This document shows positions 38,006 to 49,567 of a DNA stretch of 64,000 nucleotides, in pieces; the first letter of the stretch is position 1; every line of letters starts with the position of its first letter. The notes beneath the pieces were generated by a model. The model had not been told where the DNA came from. It saw only the letters and a program-made list of their open reading frames with translations, and did no database searches. The DNA comes from an uncultured beta proteobacterium (lineage in GTDB: Bacteria; Pseudomonadota; Gammaproteobacteria; Burkholderiales; SHXO01): positions 44,839 through 108,838 of the forward strand of contig CAVPKE010000005.1 of assembly GCA_963705615.1 (NCBI GenBank), written 5' to 3'. The position numbers and the translations under genes are program-made.

Positions 38006-40489
38006 TCACGCCTTGTACTGGCGCTCCTTCCAGGTGACGGTTTTCTTGAACGCCTCGACTGTCCCGACACGACGTACATCGGCCCACGTGCCCTTGTAGT
38101 AAGGGATGATGTTGCGGTCGGTCCAGTCGGTGACCACGTCGCCGACCACGCCGTTGAAGTAGCCGAACTGCATGAAGGTCTGGCCCGGCTTGGCGTGTGG
38201 CTCCAGAAGAGCCATCGCATAGGTCGAGCCGAAGTCGTTGTACACCTCGACAACATCGCCCGAGCCGATACCCAGCGAGCTGGCGTCGCCCGGATTGATC
38301 TCCAGGAACGCCATCGGCCAGCGCTCCCTGACGAAGGCGTTGTACTTGTCGTGGTAGCCGGTCTGCCACACCTCGTTCACGCGGCCGTTGTTGATCCAGA
38401 ACTTGTACTTCGCCTTCTGGTCGGCCACCGTCTTGGGCAGTCCCGGCCAGGGCGAAGGCTTGAACTCGGCCTTGCCGTCCGCGGTGCTGAACTTGCCATC
38501 CATGTACAGCATCTCGGTGCCGATCAGCTTGCCGCTCTTGTACTCCTTGATCGGCAACTGCACGCCGTTGTTTCCCGCTGCGCGCAGCCGCTCGTAGGTC
38601 GCGAGGTTGCCGGTATCGCCGCCCTGGCTGTCGATGGGCCCGACTCCGGGTTGGCCGGCGCGGCGGAAGCCGTCGTTGAACGCGTCCTCCTCGGTCTTCC
38701 ACTCGAAGCCCGAGAAGCGCTTGACCATGTCCGCGTTGCCGTCCTTCTGGTACATCGCCTTGATGGTGTTGGCGATGGCGGCGGCGATCAGGCAATCGGG
38801 CTTGGCTTCGCCCGGCGGGTCCATGAACTTCTCCGACAGGCGCAGTCGGCGCTCGCCGTTCATGGAGGTGAGGTTCGATCTCGCCAGGATGCGCGGCGGG
38901 CAGCAGCAGGTGCGCTGCCTCGACCAGCTTGGTCGGGTACAGGTCGATGCTGGCGACGAACAGCCCGCCGTTGCTGCAGGCGTCGTAGATGACGTTCACC
39001 AACTCCTCGGGCGAAGCGCCGCGGGCCTTGCTCATGGCGCTCTTGACGATCTGGCTGCGCTCGAGCACCACTTCACGAAGCTGCTGGGCGTTGTTGCTGG
39101 TCTGGAAGTTGTTGCACGCCCACCAGGTCATCATCTTGCCCTTGCCGTGGATGATCTCCTGGTCCACGTAGATCTTGTGGTCGCCGGGATAGGGCGGACG
39201 AGTGTAGCCCTCCTGGTGGCCGCCCATGCGCACGACGCCCGTGCCGCGCCGGCCCACGTTGTGGGTGGCGAGCACCAGGTCCACCAGCGCCGACTGGATC
39301 AGGTAGTTGTCGTTGCCCCAGATGATGCCCTTCTCGTAGGTGTGGCAGGAGCGCGGACGCTGCCCGCCGGCCTTGGGCTTGTACGCCCACTCCGCCGCCG
39401 TGCGCAGCTTGTCGACCGATACGCCGGTGATGCTGGCTCGCTTCCTCCAGGCTCAGGCGGTTGGCTTGCACTGCCGCGTCGAAGCCCTTGGTGTACTTGG
39501 CGATGAAGTCGCGGTCGATCCAGCCCTGTTGCACCACATAGGTGAAGCAGGCCGTTGAACAGCGCGATGTCGGTGCCGGGCTGGATGTCCAGGTGCAGCA
39601 CCCGGCCGGGCGCGATCTGCTCGGCGATGGCGATGGAGGGTGTGCGGCGCGGGTCGACGAAGATGGCCTTTGCCCGGCCCGACCGCTTCGCCCGGGAACC
39701 ACTTCTTCTTCTTGTCCACTGTGGCGCCCTGCAGGTTGGGCACCCAGTGGGCGAGGAAGTAGTTGGTCTGGGTCTCGTAGGGGTTGCCGCCGATGGACCA
39801 GATCACGTCTGCGACCTCGGCATCCTCGTAGCTGTTGTTCAGCTCGCCGATACCCATCTCGCGCGTGGCGTGGCACTCGGAGTTGTAGGCCGGGCGATTG
39901 TGGATGCGCACCACGGGGGTCTGGATGGCGCTGAACATCAGCTTGCCGGTGCCCCAGGTGTTCTCGAAGCCGCCGCCGGCACCGCCGTGGTCGAAGCGGA
40001 GAACATGATGTCGCTCGGGCCGTCCTGGTCCAGGATCTTCTTGATCAGACCACCGTAGACGGCGAGCGCCTGATCCCAGCCCGTGTCCAGCCATTGGTCG
40101 CGCAGCATAAAGCCGCGGATAGTGCAGCCGCTCCTTGCCGACACCGCGAGTCGGTATACATCACCGAGGCCATCTTGCCGCCGCGGGTGGAGGACAGTCC
40201 CTGATTCACCGAGCAGCCCTTGTCCGGCACGATCATGATGTTGTACTGCTTGCCATCGTTGTCCGTGATCTGAGTTGGTCATGGCGGGTGTCATGATCAC
40301 CGCCATGGCCGGCAGCTGCTTGCGGAAATCCAGCCCGAGCGCGTTTGCGTCTGGCGCGCGACCGCCCTCGGTGTTGGAGTCCCATTTGTACACGTGATAG
40401 CCGCAGCCCACGATGCAGAAGTGACAGGTCATGTTGGTCTTCTGCGCGTTGACCGGCGGCAGCGCGATGCGGTCCTTGTATGTGGCCAT
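38006..40489 (-). CDS. aioA: Arsenite oxidase large molybdopterin subunit, several frameshifts
   Basis: [79 protein letters not shown]. Confidence 0.93.
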
Positions 40490-40500
40490 GGTCGCCTCCC

Positions 40501-41015
40501 TCAGAGGATGTTGGACTGGCGGCCGTAGATCAGGCCGTTCACACCTACCGCGGCGACGGAGCCGTCCTTCGCGTTGTAGCGCAGCTCGATCTGGGGCAGG
40601 TTCTCGGTGGCCTGGCCGCAGATCATCTGGCCGCCGCAGCTCGGCGTCGAACATGCTGAAGTGACATGGGCACTTGAAGGTGCGCTCGGCCGCGTCGTAG
40701 CTGACGGGGCAGCCCATGTGCGTGCACAGCATGCTGTAGGCGACGATGTCGCCGTCCGGACCCACGCCGCCAGGGACTCTCTTGCCCAGCTTCACGAGCG
40801 TGCAGGGCGACGATGCATCCGGATAGCTGAAAGACTGAGGCGCGTTCACCTGCAAGGCTGATGCCTTGCGCGAGCGCCTTGCTCGGATAGGGCAGCGTGA
40901 CGCGTCCGCTCGTTGTGGCGGCTTCGGCGGTGCCGGGTACTGCGGCGACGCTCGCAGTGGCCGCCACCGCGCCGCTGACTTTCAGGAACTGCCTTCGAGT
41001 GACTTCGAAGCTCAT
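40501..41015 (-). CDS. aioB: Arsenite oxidase small Rieske subunit (Tat signal), frameshifted
   Basis: [51 protein letters not shown]. Confidence 0.92.
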
Positions 41016-41076
41016 GACCGTCTCCTTGTTCTGTACGTTATTACGCGCGGAACGTATCGCGCGTCGGTTTGATTAC

Positions 41077-41091
41077 GCAATGGCCATTCCA
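41077..41091 (-). promoter_or_regulatory. Sigma54 (-24/-12) promoter of aioBA
   Basis: Minus strand TGGAATGGCCATTGC = GG-N10-GC, about 60 bp upstream of aioB; AioR is a sigma54 activator. Confidence 0.78.
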
Positions 41092-41153
41092 GCTGATTCT
41101 TCTGCTAGAGCGACAAGCGAATCAGGCACTTGGCCTGAATCGTTTGCAACAGG

Positions 41154-41211
41154 GTTACAAGCTAGTAACTTCCCGCCGATAGAGCCGCAACTGACGTTAC
41201 CGTTCGGTAAC
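41154..41211. promoter_or_regulatory. Twin palindromic enhancer boxes (probable AioR sites)
   Basis: GTTAC-AAGCTA-GTAAC (41154-41169) and GTTAC-CGTTCG-GTAAC (41196-41211), 42 bp apart. Confidence 0.72.
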
Positions 41212-41313
41212 TGCGATTCGGGGCTATTGGCAGGGGCCGCGAACGCGTTACCATAGCTAGAGCAGAGAAGGGCGCGTTCAAGCGCCACGACAACACACTC
41301 GAAGGAGGAGGCG

Positions 41314-42356
41314 ATGACTGCGCTGCCGGATACCGTGCGGCGTGCGTCGTTCTCACGCTGGTCTCTGCTCCCCGCGGCACGCGGTCGTGTCCGACAGCGA
41401 GGACGAGCACGCCGGTTGTCGCGCGAAGCTGCTGCGCTAGTGATGGCCTGCGCAGCGATGTTCGCGCTTCTACTCTGGGCGCGCGATCCCGCTCGCTGCC
41501 GACGACGTTCCTTCGCGGCCCATCCGATTCGGCACCACCGCAGTGATCCTGGAGGACCAGGTTGCGATCCTGCGCTCCTGGAAGGGCTACCTGGAGGAGC
41601 GCCTCGGGCGGCCGGTGCGCTTTGTTCATCGCGGCAGCTATCAGGAGATCACCGAGCTGCTGTCTAAGGACCAGCTCGACTTCGCCTGGGTCTGTGGTTA
41701 CCCATACGTGCGCAATCGGTCCTTCATGCGGCTGCTCGCTATCCCCCTCTACCAGGGGCGGCCGCTGTATCAGTCCTACCTGATCGTCCCTAAATCGGAC
41801 ACGACGACGCGATCATTCCGCGACCTGAAGGGAAAGATCTTCGCGTATTCCGATCCCAACTCGAACTCCGGCTTCCTCGTGCCTCAATACGAGCTGGTGC
41901 GCTTGGGGGAGAACCCGACGGTCTTTTTCCAGAAGAGCTTCTTCACCTGGGCTCACAGCAAAGTCGTCAACGCTGTGGCAGCAGGGCTCGCGAATGGCGG
42001 CGCCGTGGACGGTTATGTGTGGGAGACGCTGCAGCAGACGCACCCCGAACTCACGGCCCAGACGCGCGTGGTGCGAAAGTCCGCTCTGTACGGTTTTCCA
42101 CCGCTGGTGGCCCGGGCCAGCATGGGGGAGAAAGACTTCCACGCTATGCAGGACGTGCTCGCTGGACATGAGTCAGGACGTGCAGGGGCGCCAGCTCCTA
42201 GCTCGGCTCAATCTGGACGGCTTCGCGCCGGACGATCCGCACGTGTTCGACGGCATCGCCGAGATCCTCGCCTACGTCCAGGCGCGGCAGCCGGGCTTGG
42301 TGGGCTCGGGCGTCGCCGCCAACGCGAGCCGTGCGCCGAAGTCGGAGGCCAACTGA
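41314..42356 (+). CDS. aioX: Periplasmic arsenite-binding protein (PhnD-like), frameshifted, start uncertain
   Basis: RFGTT.VILEDQ, YLEERLGRPV.FV.RGSYQEI, AWVCGYPY with conserved Cys, YSDPNSNSG, AVDGYVWETL. Confidence 0.85.
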
Positions 42357-42481
42357 CATGGGCGCGCCGGATCCGGGTGTGACCTTATCCCGGGACAAGC
42401 CACCGAGCGGCGACACGCTCGGGAGCACTAGAGGCGTACCCGCTGACGCCCGGTCGCAACGTAGCCCTGCCGCAGCTGCGC

Positions 42482-43926
42482 TTGCCCTTTCGCAATCTCA
42501 GCTATCGCTACAAGATCCCACTCAGCGTGAGCTTCGTCATCCTGGTGACGGCGTTGGTGATCTCCACGGCGCTGGCGCTGCAGGCCTATCATGACGTGCG
42601 CCGCGAGATGGTTGCGGGCGCGGAAAGCCTGGGAAAGACGCTCGCCCGCACGCTCGCACCGATCATGCTGCGCGACGAGATGTGGTCGGCCTACGAAATG
42701 ATCGTCACGCCCTTCGAGGGCGAACCGGCTCAGGACTCGCGCGGCAAGGTCACCGTGGTGCTGAACAGCGAGAATCAGATCTACGTGTCTTCCCATCCCT
42801 TCCGTGTTCCCGACACTGCAACCGCTCACCGCAGCTGGTGCTGAGTACGCTGGGTTGGCCGCCCGGCTGGCGAGCGCTTCCCCAACGGCGCCCACCGTGC
42901 TCGAAGGCGTGGTTCCCGGGCACTTGGTGGTGGCGGTGCCGATCTTGTCAGACGACTTGACGTTGCTCGGCCGTGTGCTGGTGCTGTACTCAGAGTCGCT
43001 GCTCCTGCAGCGCATCGAGGCAACCTTGCTGCAGGTCTTGGTCTCGACCCTGGCCGTGCTGGCAGTGCTGCTGCCGATCGGCTGGTTCGCGGGTAACCGC
43101 ATCGTGGAGCCGCTGGTGCGGCTGGCGGCTGTATTCGGCAAGGCGGGCAGGGAGCCCTCGCCGCGCGTCGCGCAGGACCTGTATACCGGAGGCGATGAGA
43201 TCGGCCGGCTTGGCCGCCAGTTCCAGGCCATGCTGCACGAACTGGAGCAGAAGCAGGCCCTGGAGAGGCAGATGATCGCTGCCAGTCGGCTGGCTTCCAT
43301 CGGGCGGCTGACCGCCGGCATCGCGCACGAGATCAACAATCCGCTGGGCGGCATGCTTAACGCCATCAATACCTGCAGGCGGCACGGCGATGCCGACCCC
43401 GTGACCGCGCGTACCATCTCCCTGGTCGAGCGCGGCCTGGTGCAGATCAAGGAGACGATCGCCGCACTGCTGGTGGAGGCAAGGATCGAAAGCCGTGCGT
43501 TGACGCGCGACGACCTCGAAGACGTGCACACGCTGGTGGTCCCCGAGGCGGCGAAAAAGCACCTGGTGGTGCGCTGGAACAACGACGTCGAAGGATCAGT
43601 GCCGCTGCCGTCGACTCAGTTGCGCCAGGTTCTGATCAATCTGCTGCTCAATGCCGTCCAGGCCGCCGCGCACAGTGGCTACGTGGCCTGCAGCGTTCGC
43701 GCCGAGGCCGAGCATCTGTTGATCGACGTTGCCAACGATGGCAAACCTCTTGAGCCCGGCGCAGCTCGAACATCTGTTCGAGCCATTTAGCAGCGAGGCC
43801 GGCACGGGGCTGGGGCTGTGGATCGTCTATCAGATCACCCAGCAGCTGCGAGGCGAGATCCGAGTGACCAACGGCCCACCTCTGACGCGCTTCGAAGTGC
43901 GAATTCCGCTGGAGACGCCAGCGTGA
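42482..43926 (+). CDS. aioS: Sensor histidine kinase, frameshifted
   Basis: SYRYKIPL, two TM segments, HAMP (GDEIG.L), AHEINNPLGG, NLLLNA, FEPF, G.GLGL; located between aioX and aioR. Confidence 0.85.
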
Positions 43927-45276
43927 GCGGCACCCCGCGACTGTGCCTGATCGAGGACGACGTCATCATGGGCGAGTCGCTGTGCGACCGTTTTGCGCTG
44001 GAAGGCTTCACCTTCGACTGGCACCGCGACGGGCGCAGCGCGCTGCGCAGCATCGGCCGCGAGTCCTACGCCGCCATCATCAGCGACGTGCGGCTGCCGG
44101 ACGTGGACGGCGAGGAGCTGCTGCGCACCCTGCTCGCGCGCGGCGTACGGCTGCCGCCATTCCTCTTCATCACCGCCTATGCCTCGGTGGCAGCGCGCCG
44201 TGGAGGCGCTCAAGCTGGGGGCCACGGACTACATCACCAAGCCGTTCGACATCGAAGCAGCTGATCGACAAGACGCGTCACCTGATTGCCACGCAAGGCG
44301 TGCCGGCGGCGAGGTCGGCGGCACGAGCCGGTGCTGGGCGTGTCGCCGGTCATGCGCCGGATCGAGGAGTTGTTGCCGCGGCTGGCCAGCCACCGCGAAA
44401 CCGTGCTCATCACTGGCGAGTCGGGTGTGGGCAAGGAGCGGGTGGCCCAGCTGCTGCACGGTCTGCAGCCGACACTCGGCAGAGGGCCGTTCGTGGCCGT
44501 CAACTGCGCGTCGTTGACCGAGACCCTGCTCGAGTCGGAGCTGTTCGGTCACGAGCGGGGAGCGTTCACGGGCGCGGCCCGCTCCCGGCGCGGCGTGTTC
44601 GAGCAGGCCGAAGGCGGAACTTTGTTCCTGGACGAGATCGGCGACATGTCGCCGTCTCATGCAGGGCAAGCTGCTGCGCGCGATGCAGGAGCGGCAGATC
44701 ACGCGCGTGGGCGGGGAGCGCGCGATCGCGGTGAACCTGCGCCTGATCTGCGCGACCAACAAGGATCTGCGCCAGCTGGTGCGAGCAGGGCAGGTTCCGC
44801 GAGGACCTGTACTACCGCATCAACGTGATTCAGCTGCGCATTCCGCCGCTTGCGCGAGCGCCAGGAGGACGTCGTTGTGGCTGGCGCGCCGGTTCCTGGA
44901 CCACTGCGCCGGCTCGACAGGACGCCCGTGCAGGATGAGCCCGCAAGCGGAGTCTGCTTTGCTGCGCCACAGTTGGCCGGGGAACGTGCGGGAGCTGAAG
45001 CATGCGGTCGAGCGCGCGTGCATCCTAGCCCGTGGTCCTCTCATCCAGCCCTGGGATCTGTTCCAGACCGACGGCGTACAGGACCAGGCGGATGGCCCTA
45101 CCCCGGATACAACGCTCGCAGCTTATCTGCGCGATTGCGAGCGCGAGTTCATCGTCCGGGTGCTCGAAGAGCACCAGTGGCGCGTGACCGAGAGCGCCGA
45201 CGGCCTGGGCATCAGCCGCAAGAATCTGTGGGAAAAGATGCGCAAGCTCGGCATTTCCGGCAAGTCAGAGCAGTGA
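43923..45276 (+). CDS. aioR: Sigma54-dependent response regulator, frameshifted
   Basis: [68 protein letters not shown]. Confidence 0.88.
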
Positions 45277-45371
45277 CACGCGCGCGCTCGAACGCTTGCA
45301 GCACGGTGGTTCTGTGATCAATTGCTCCGCCATGCCGGCGTTCCTCACGAACATGTCGATAGAGATCTGCC

Positions 45372-46031
45372 TCAGAACTTCCCGAACTTCAGATACGCCT
45401 GCTGCGGGTCCATCCCCGCCAGGATCGCGGTGCGCACCGCGTTCTCGGTCTGCAGGACCTGTTCGGTCTTCGCGGTCACCTGTTCCGCTATTGCGCCCGG
45501 GATGATTACCACCCCGTCGCGGTCGGCCAGGAGGAAATCGCCCGCGCTGATCGTGACCTCGCCGATGGTGATGGGCTCTCCGAACCGGTCGGGGACCCAG
45601 CGGCCGACGATGTCCTTTGGCGTGGTGAAGGTGCAAAACACCGGGAAGCGCAGCTCCAGGATGAAATCGGTATCGCGACAGCCGCCGTCAACGACGTAGC
45701 CGCGCACACCGCGAAAGTTCAGCGTCTCCGCCGACAGCTCGCCCATCAACGCGATCTCGTGGGTGTTGGGTTGGCACACCAGCACCTTGCCGGGCGGCGC
45801 CTTTGACAGCAAACCCGTCCATTGCACCAACGTGTCGTGCGGGTCGCGAGTCATGTCAACGTGTCCGCTGACCGTGTAGACCTCACCTGCCAGCTTGCTT
45901 GCCGGGTCGAGCGCCTTGATGCTCGACGGCAGGACGCAGCGCCCGTGCCCCATGCCGCGCAGAACGTCGTGCACCGCGGCGGCATAGCAGTTCATCAGGC
46001 GCGCCGCGAGCGAGTCGGATCGCTCACTCAA
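45372..46031 (-). CDS. RraA/HMG-aldolase family protein
   Basis: ALMGELS, GYVVDGGCRD, GDFLLADRDGVVIIP. Confidence 0.85.
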   Translation of the reverse strand: MSERSDSLAARLMNCYAAAVHDVLRGMGHGRCVLPSSIKALDPASKLAGEVYTVSGHVDMTRDPHDTLVQWTGLLSKAPPGKVLVCQPNTHEIALMGELSAETLNFRGVRGYVVDGGCRDTDFILELRFPVFCTFTTPKDIVGRWVPDRFGEPITIGEVTISAGDFLLADRDGVVIIPGAIAEQVTAKTEQVLQTENAVRTAILAGMDPQQAYLKFGKF

Positions 46032-46041
46032 ACTCGTCTCC

Positions 46042-46953
46042 CTAGTGTCCAGCCTGCGCGGCAGCGGCCGTTTCCTCGCTTGGGCTTGCGGGTCGGCCGC
46101 GCAGCCCGATCAGTTCGTTGACCACGAGCGCACCGATGACCACCAAGCCCCCGAGCAACGCGAGCCGGCCCGGACGTTCGCCCACCACCAGCCAGGTCGA
46201 GAGCGTGCCGAACACGATCTCCATCACCGCCAGCAGGCCGATTTCGGCCGCCTTCAGGCGCGGCGCAGCCGCCAGCATGAGCAGACAGCCGATACCGAGT
46301 TGCACCACGCCCATGATAGCAAGCAGCGCGAGATCCCACGCTCCCGCCTGAAACGGAACCGCCAGTGGCAGGGTGAGGAGCATAGAAAAAACACCCGACA
46401 GCACGAGCGTGGGGATCATGTCGACGTTGGCGTGCATGCGGCGCAGGATCACGACGTTGCAGGCGAAGGCGACCGGGATGACCGAGGCGATGAGGTTACC
46501 GCTCAAGCCACCGCTGCCGACAGATTCGGCGAACATGAGCGCGATGCCGCCGAAGGCCGCAACCATCGCGACCCAGGTGCGCCCGGGGACGCGCTCATGC
46601 AAGAACAGCCAACCGAGCAGGGCGGCGGTGAAGGGCGAGACGCTGGTGAGAACGAGGACGTTGGCCACGCTCGTGCGGCCCAGCGCGAGGATGAAGCAGA
46701 CGTACATGAGCGCCCACAGCGCGCTGACGATCACGCCGGGCTTTCCCACCGCGCGGATCCGTGCCCAAGTGGCGCCGCGGTATTGGGCTAAGAGGACGCC
46801 GAGCACGAACAGCGTCATGAACAGCGAGCGCCAGAAAGTGATTTCCCAGCCGCGCGTCAGGTGCATGTTGCGCACCAGCATCCCGGCGCTGGCCCAGCAC
46901 AGGGTCGCGCCGATCATGAGCAGCACGCCCTTGCCGTGCTGCGACAATCTCAT
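46042..46953 (-). CDS. DMT/EamA family transporter
   Basis: About 10 TM segments, ITFWRSLF, P.TAALLGWLFL.ER, GERP. Confidence 0.88.
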   Translation of the reverse strand: MRLSQHGKGVLLMIGATLCWASAGMLVRNMHLTRGWEITFWRSLFMTLFVLGVLLAQYRGATWARIRAVGKPGVIVSALWALMYVCFILALGRTSVANVLVLTSVSPFTAALLGWLFLHERVPGRTWVAMVAAFGGIALMFAESVGSGGLSGNLIASVIPVAFACNVVILRRMHANVDMIPTLVLSGVFSMLLTLPLAVPFQAGAWDLALLAIMGVVQLGIGCLLMLAAAPRLKAAEIGLLAVMEIVFGTLSTWLVVGERPGRLALLGGLVVIGALVVNELIGLRGRPASPSEETAAAAQAGH

Positions 46954-47037
46954 TGCCGCGGCTCAGGCAGCGCCACGTACAGCTTTCTCGCTCCGGCGAT
47001 GCAACGTCGGGAAGATGGGATGCAGGGCGACGCGCGT

Positions 47038-47071
47038 GTCAATACGTGGCGCGCGTCAATACGTGGCGCGC
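47038..47071. repeat. Perfect 17-bp tandem duplication spanning the SDR stop codon
   Basis: GTCAATACGTGGCGCGC at 47038-47054 and again at 47055-47071. Confidence 0.85.
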
Positions 47072-47809
47072 CCGCCGGACAGGTCGAACACGGCCCCGGT
47101 GCTGAAGGAGGCTTCCTCGGTGCATAGCCAGCACACCATGGCAGCGATCTCTTCCACCCGGCCGAAGCGGCCCATCGGGATCTTCTGCAGCATATAGTCG
47201 ATGTGCTGCTGCGTGACCTGGTCGAAGATCGGCGTCTTGACCGCAGCCGGCGTGATGCAGTTGACGGTGATGTTCTGCTTCGCCAGCTCCTTGCCCAGCG
47301 ACTTCGTGAGGCCGATCACCGCGGCTTTGGACGAGCTGTAGGCGGACGCGCTCGGGTTCCCCTCTTTGCCGGCGATGGAGGCGATATTGACGATGCGGCC
47401 GATAGCCGTTTTTCTGCAGGTGAGGGACGACCTCGCGGCAGGTGTAGAACACGCCGTGCAAGTTGACGTTGTGGACCCGGATCCATTCGTCGACCGGGAA
47501 CTCCCACAGCATGGCATTGGCGCCAGCGACACCGGCCGAGTTGACCAGGATGTCGATCTTGCCCAGCGCCGAAGCCGTGTCCTTGGCGGCGGCGACGACT
47601 TGCTGATAGTTGGCGACGTCGACGTTGGCGGTGTGCACTTTGGTCTTGGCGCCCAGCTCTTTGGCGAGCCTGCCGAGAGCGGGGGCGTCGCGGTCCCACA
47701 GGCTCAGCGTTGCGCCCGAATCGGCGAAGCGCTGCGCGATGGCGAGTCCGATGCCGGAAACGCCGCCGGTGACGATCGCGACGCGCCCGGCCAGGTCCAG
47801 TTTGTTCAT
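47056..47809 (-). CDS. SDR oxidoreductase, frameshift near 47400
   Basis: TGGVSGIG, NSAG, NIASIAGKEGNP, YSSSK, FDLSGGRATY*. Confidence 0.85.
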
Positions 47810-48379
47810 TGCTCCTCCTGAGTATCCCCCGGTACTCTTCGCCAGGAACAAAGCCAGGAGCAAGAGCACGATGATCCCGAGCACCCAGGCCCAGAGCGGA
47901 ATCTTCGCCTTGGGTGCGGCGGCTGCCGCCGGCTGCGCTGAGGGTACCAGCCTTTGGTTGAATCTGGCGAAGAAGTCGTCGGCCATCTTGCGCGCTACGC
48001 CGTCGATCAGCCGCGAGCCGACCTGCGCAAGCTTCCCGCCGACCGTGGCGTGGGCAGTGTAGGCCAGGCGCGTGCCGCCGTCGGCGGCCGACAGCGTGAC
48101 CTTGCAGTCACCCTTCCCGAATCCGGCCGCGCCGCCCGAGCCCTCGAAGTTGAGCGCGTAGGCGTTAGGCGGATTCAGGTCGGACAGCAGGAGCTTACCG
48201 CTGAACTTGGCCTTCACCGGGCCGACCGCCGCGCTGAGCACCACGCGATATTCGGTGTCCGACACCTTCTCCATGGTCTCGCACCCCGGGATGCAATCCT
48301 TCAGTATCTGCGGGTCGTTCAGCGCCTCCCACACCCGCTGCTGCGGCAGCGCGATCAGCTGTTCGCCGGTCATGTCCAT
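47806..48379 (-). CDS. coxG: CoxG (SRPBCC) protein with C-terminal membrane anchor; stop probably masked by an indel
   Basis: VWEALNDP.IL..CIPGCE, VGPVKAKF, GGKLAQVGSRLID, C-terminal TM segment. Confidence 0.85.
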
Positions 48380-49567
48380 GGCGGTCTCCTTGGTCTCGTT
48401 GCGTCGGCCAGCGCGCTGGCCACGTCGACAAGGCTCGCAATATTGTGCGCGGGAAGGAAGGTGTCCACATGCGGCAGCATCGCGCGTACTCCGGCCGGCC
48501 GCGGCTCGAATCCCTCGAAGCGCAACAGCGGGTTGAGCCAGATCAACTTCTTGCTGGACTTGTGCAGGCGCTCCATCTGCGCCCCGAGATCGTCCCCGAG
48601 CTCCCGGTCCAGGCCATCGGTGATCAGCAGCACGACGGCGTTCTGGCCCAGCAGGCGGCGCGACCAGCGCAGGTTGAACTCGCGCAGGCTGGCGCCGATC
48701 CGGGTCCCGCCGGACCAGTCGGCCACCGCCTGAGCCACGCCGTTGAGCGCGAGGTCGACGTCGCGGTGGCGCAGATAACGCGTGATGTTGGTGAGCCGCG
48801 TTCCAAAGACGAACGTGTAGACGCGGTCTCGGTCGTTGGTCACGGCATGTAGAAAATGCAGGAACATCCGCGAGTAACGGCTCATGCTGCCGGAGATGTC
48901 GCACAGCACGACCAGCGGCGGGTGGCGCAGCACATGCGAACGGCGGCGCAGGGGAATGACATCGGCCCCCGCGCGCAGGCTCGCCCGCAGCGTGGAGCGC
49001 ATGTCCACCAGAGACCCGTGCGGATGCGGCATCAGCCGCCGCGTGCGCACCTCGGGGATGGGCAGCCGAAGCTGCGCGATCATCCGCTTCGCCTGCGCCA
49101 ACTCGGCGCTGGTCATGGTCTCGAAGTCGGCGCGCTGCAGGACTTCGCGGTCGGAGACCGTGAAGGCGGCGTCCAGCTCCACCTCCTGCTGCGCGTCGGT
49201 CGGGGATTGCTGCGCACGCGCGCGCGGGAGCAGCGCCTCCGTCACGCGGTTGGGTGGGCGGCTCGTCGGCCTGGCCGCGGCCATAGACCTTGGGCAGCAT
49301 CAGCGCCATCACGCGCTCGAGCATGTGCGGGTCGCGCCAGAAGATGTGGAAGGCCTGGTCGAACAGCTCGAACTGCTCGCGGCGATCTAGGAACAGCGAG
49401 GCGAGCGTCCAGTAGAAGTCGTCGCGGCGCGCGATGCCCGCCACTTCCAGCGCTTTCAGCGCGTCGATGACGCGGTCCGGACCGACCGGAATTCCCGCGC
49501 CGCGCAGCACCCGCGCGAAGTGCATGACGTTCTCGGCCAGACGTCCCGATGCTGCCGCTCGTCGCAA
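48370..49567 (-). CDS. coxE: CoxE-like VWA domain protein, frameshifted
   Basis: HFARVLR.AG.PVGP, LCDISGSMSRY, FGTRLTNIT, DWSGGTRIG, WLNPLL. Confidence 0.87.

Noticed and set aside
38006-45276. aio cluster as decayed pseudogenes or programmed frameshifting
   Set aside because: Indels are spread across unrelated genes with motifs and regulatory sites intact and no consistent slippery sequence; sequencing error is more parsimonious
29535-45276. Intact transposon, ICE or prophage carrying the arsenic genes
   Set aside because: No integrase, transposase, tRNA target or long flanking direct repeats seen in the window
47039-49567. 842-aa CoxE-CoxG-SDR fusion in the ORF track
   Set aside because: It stitches three genes through frameshifts. 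The SDR has its own GGAGGAG RBS, and one indel in the G-run near 47826-47830 would give coxG a TGA overlapping the SDR ATG
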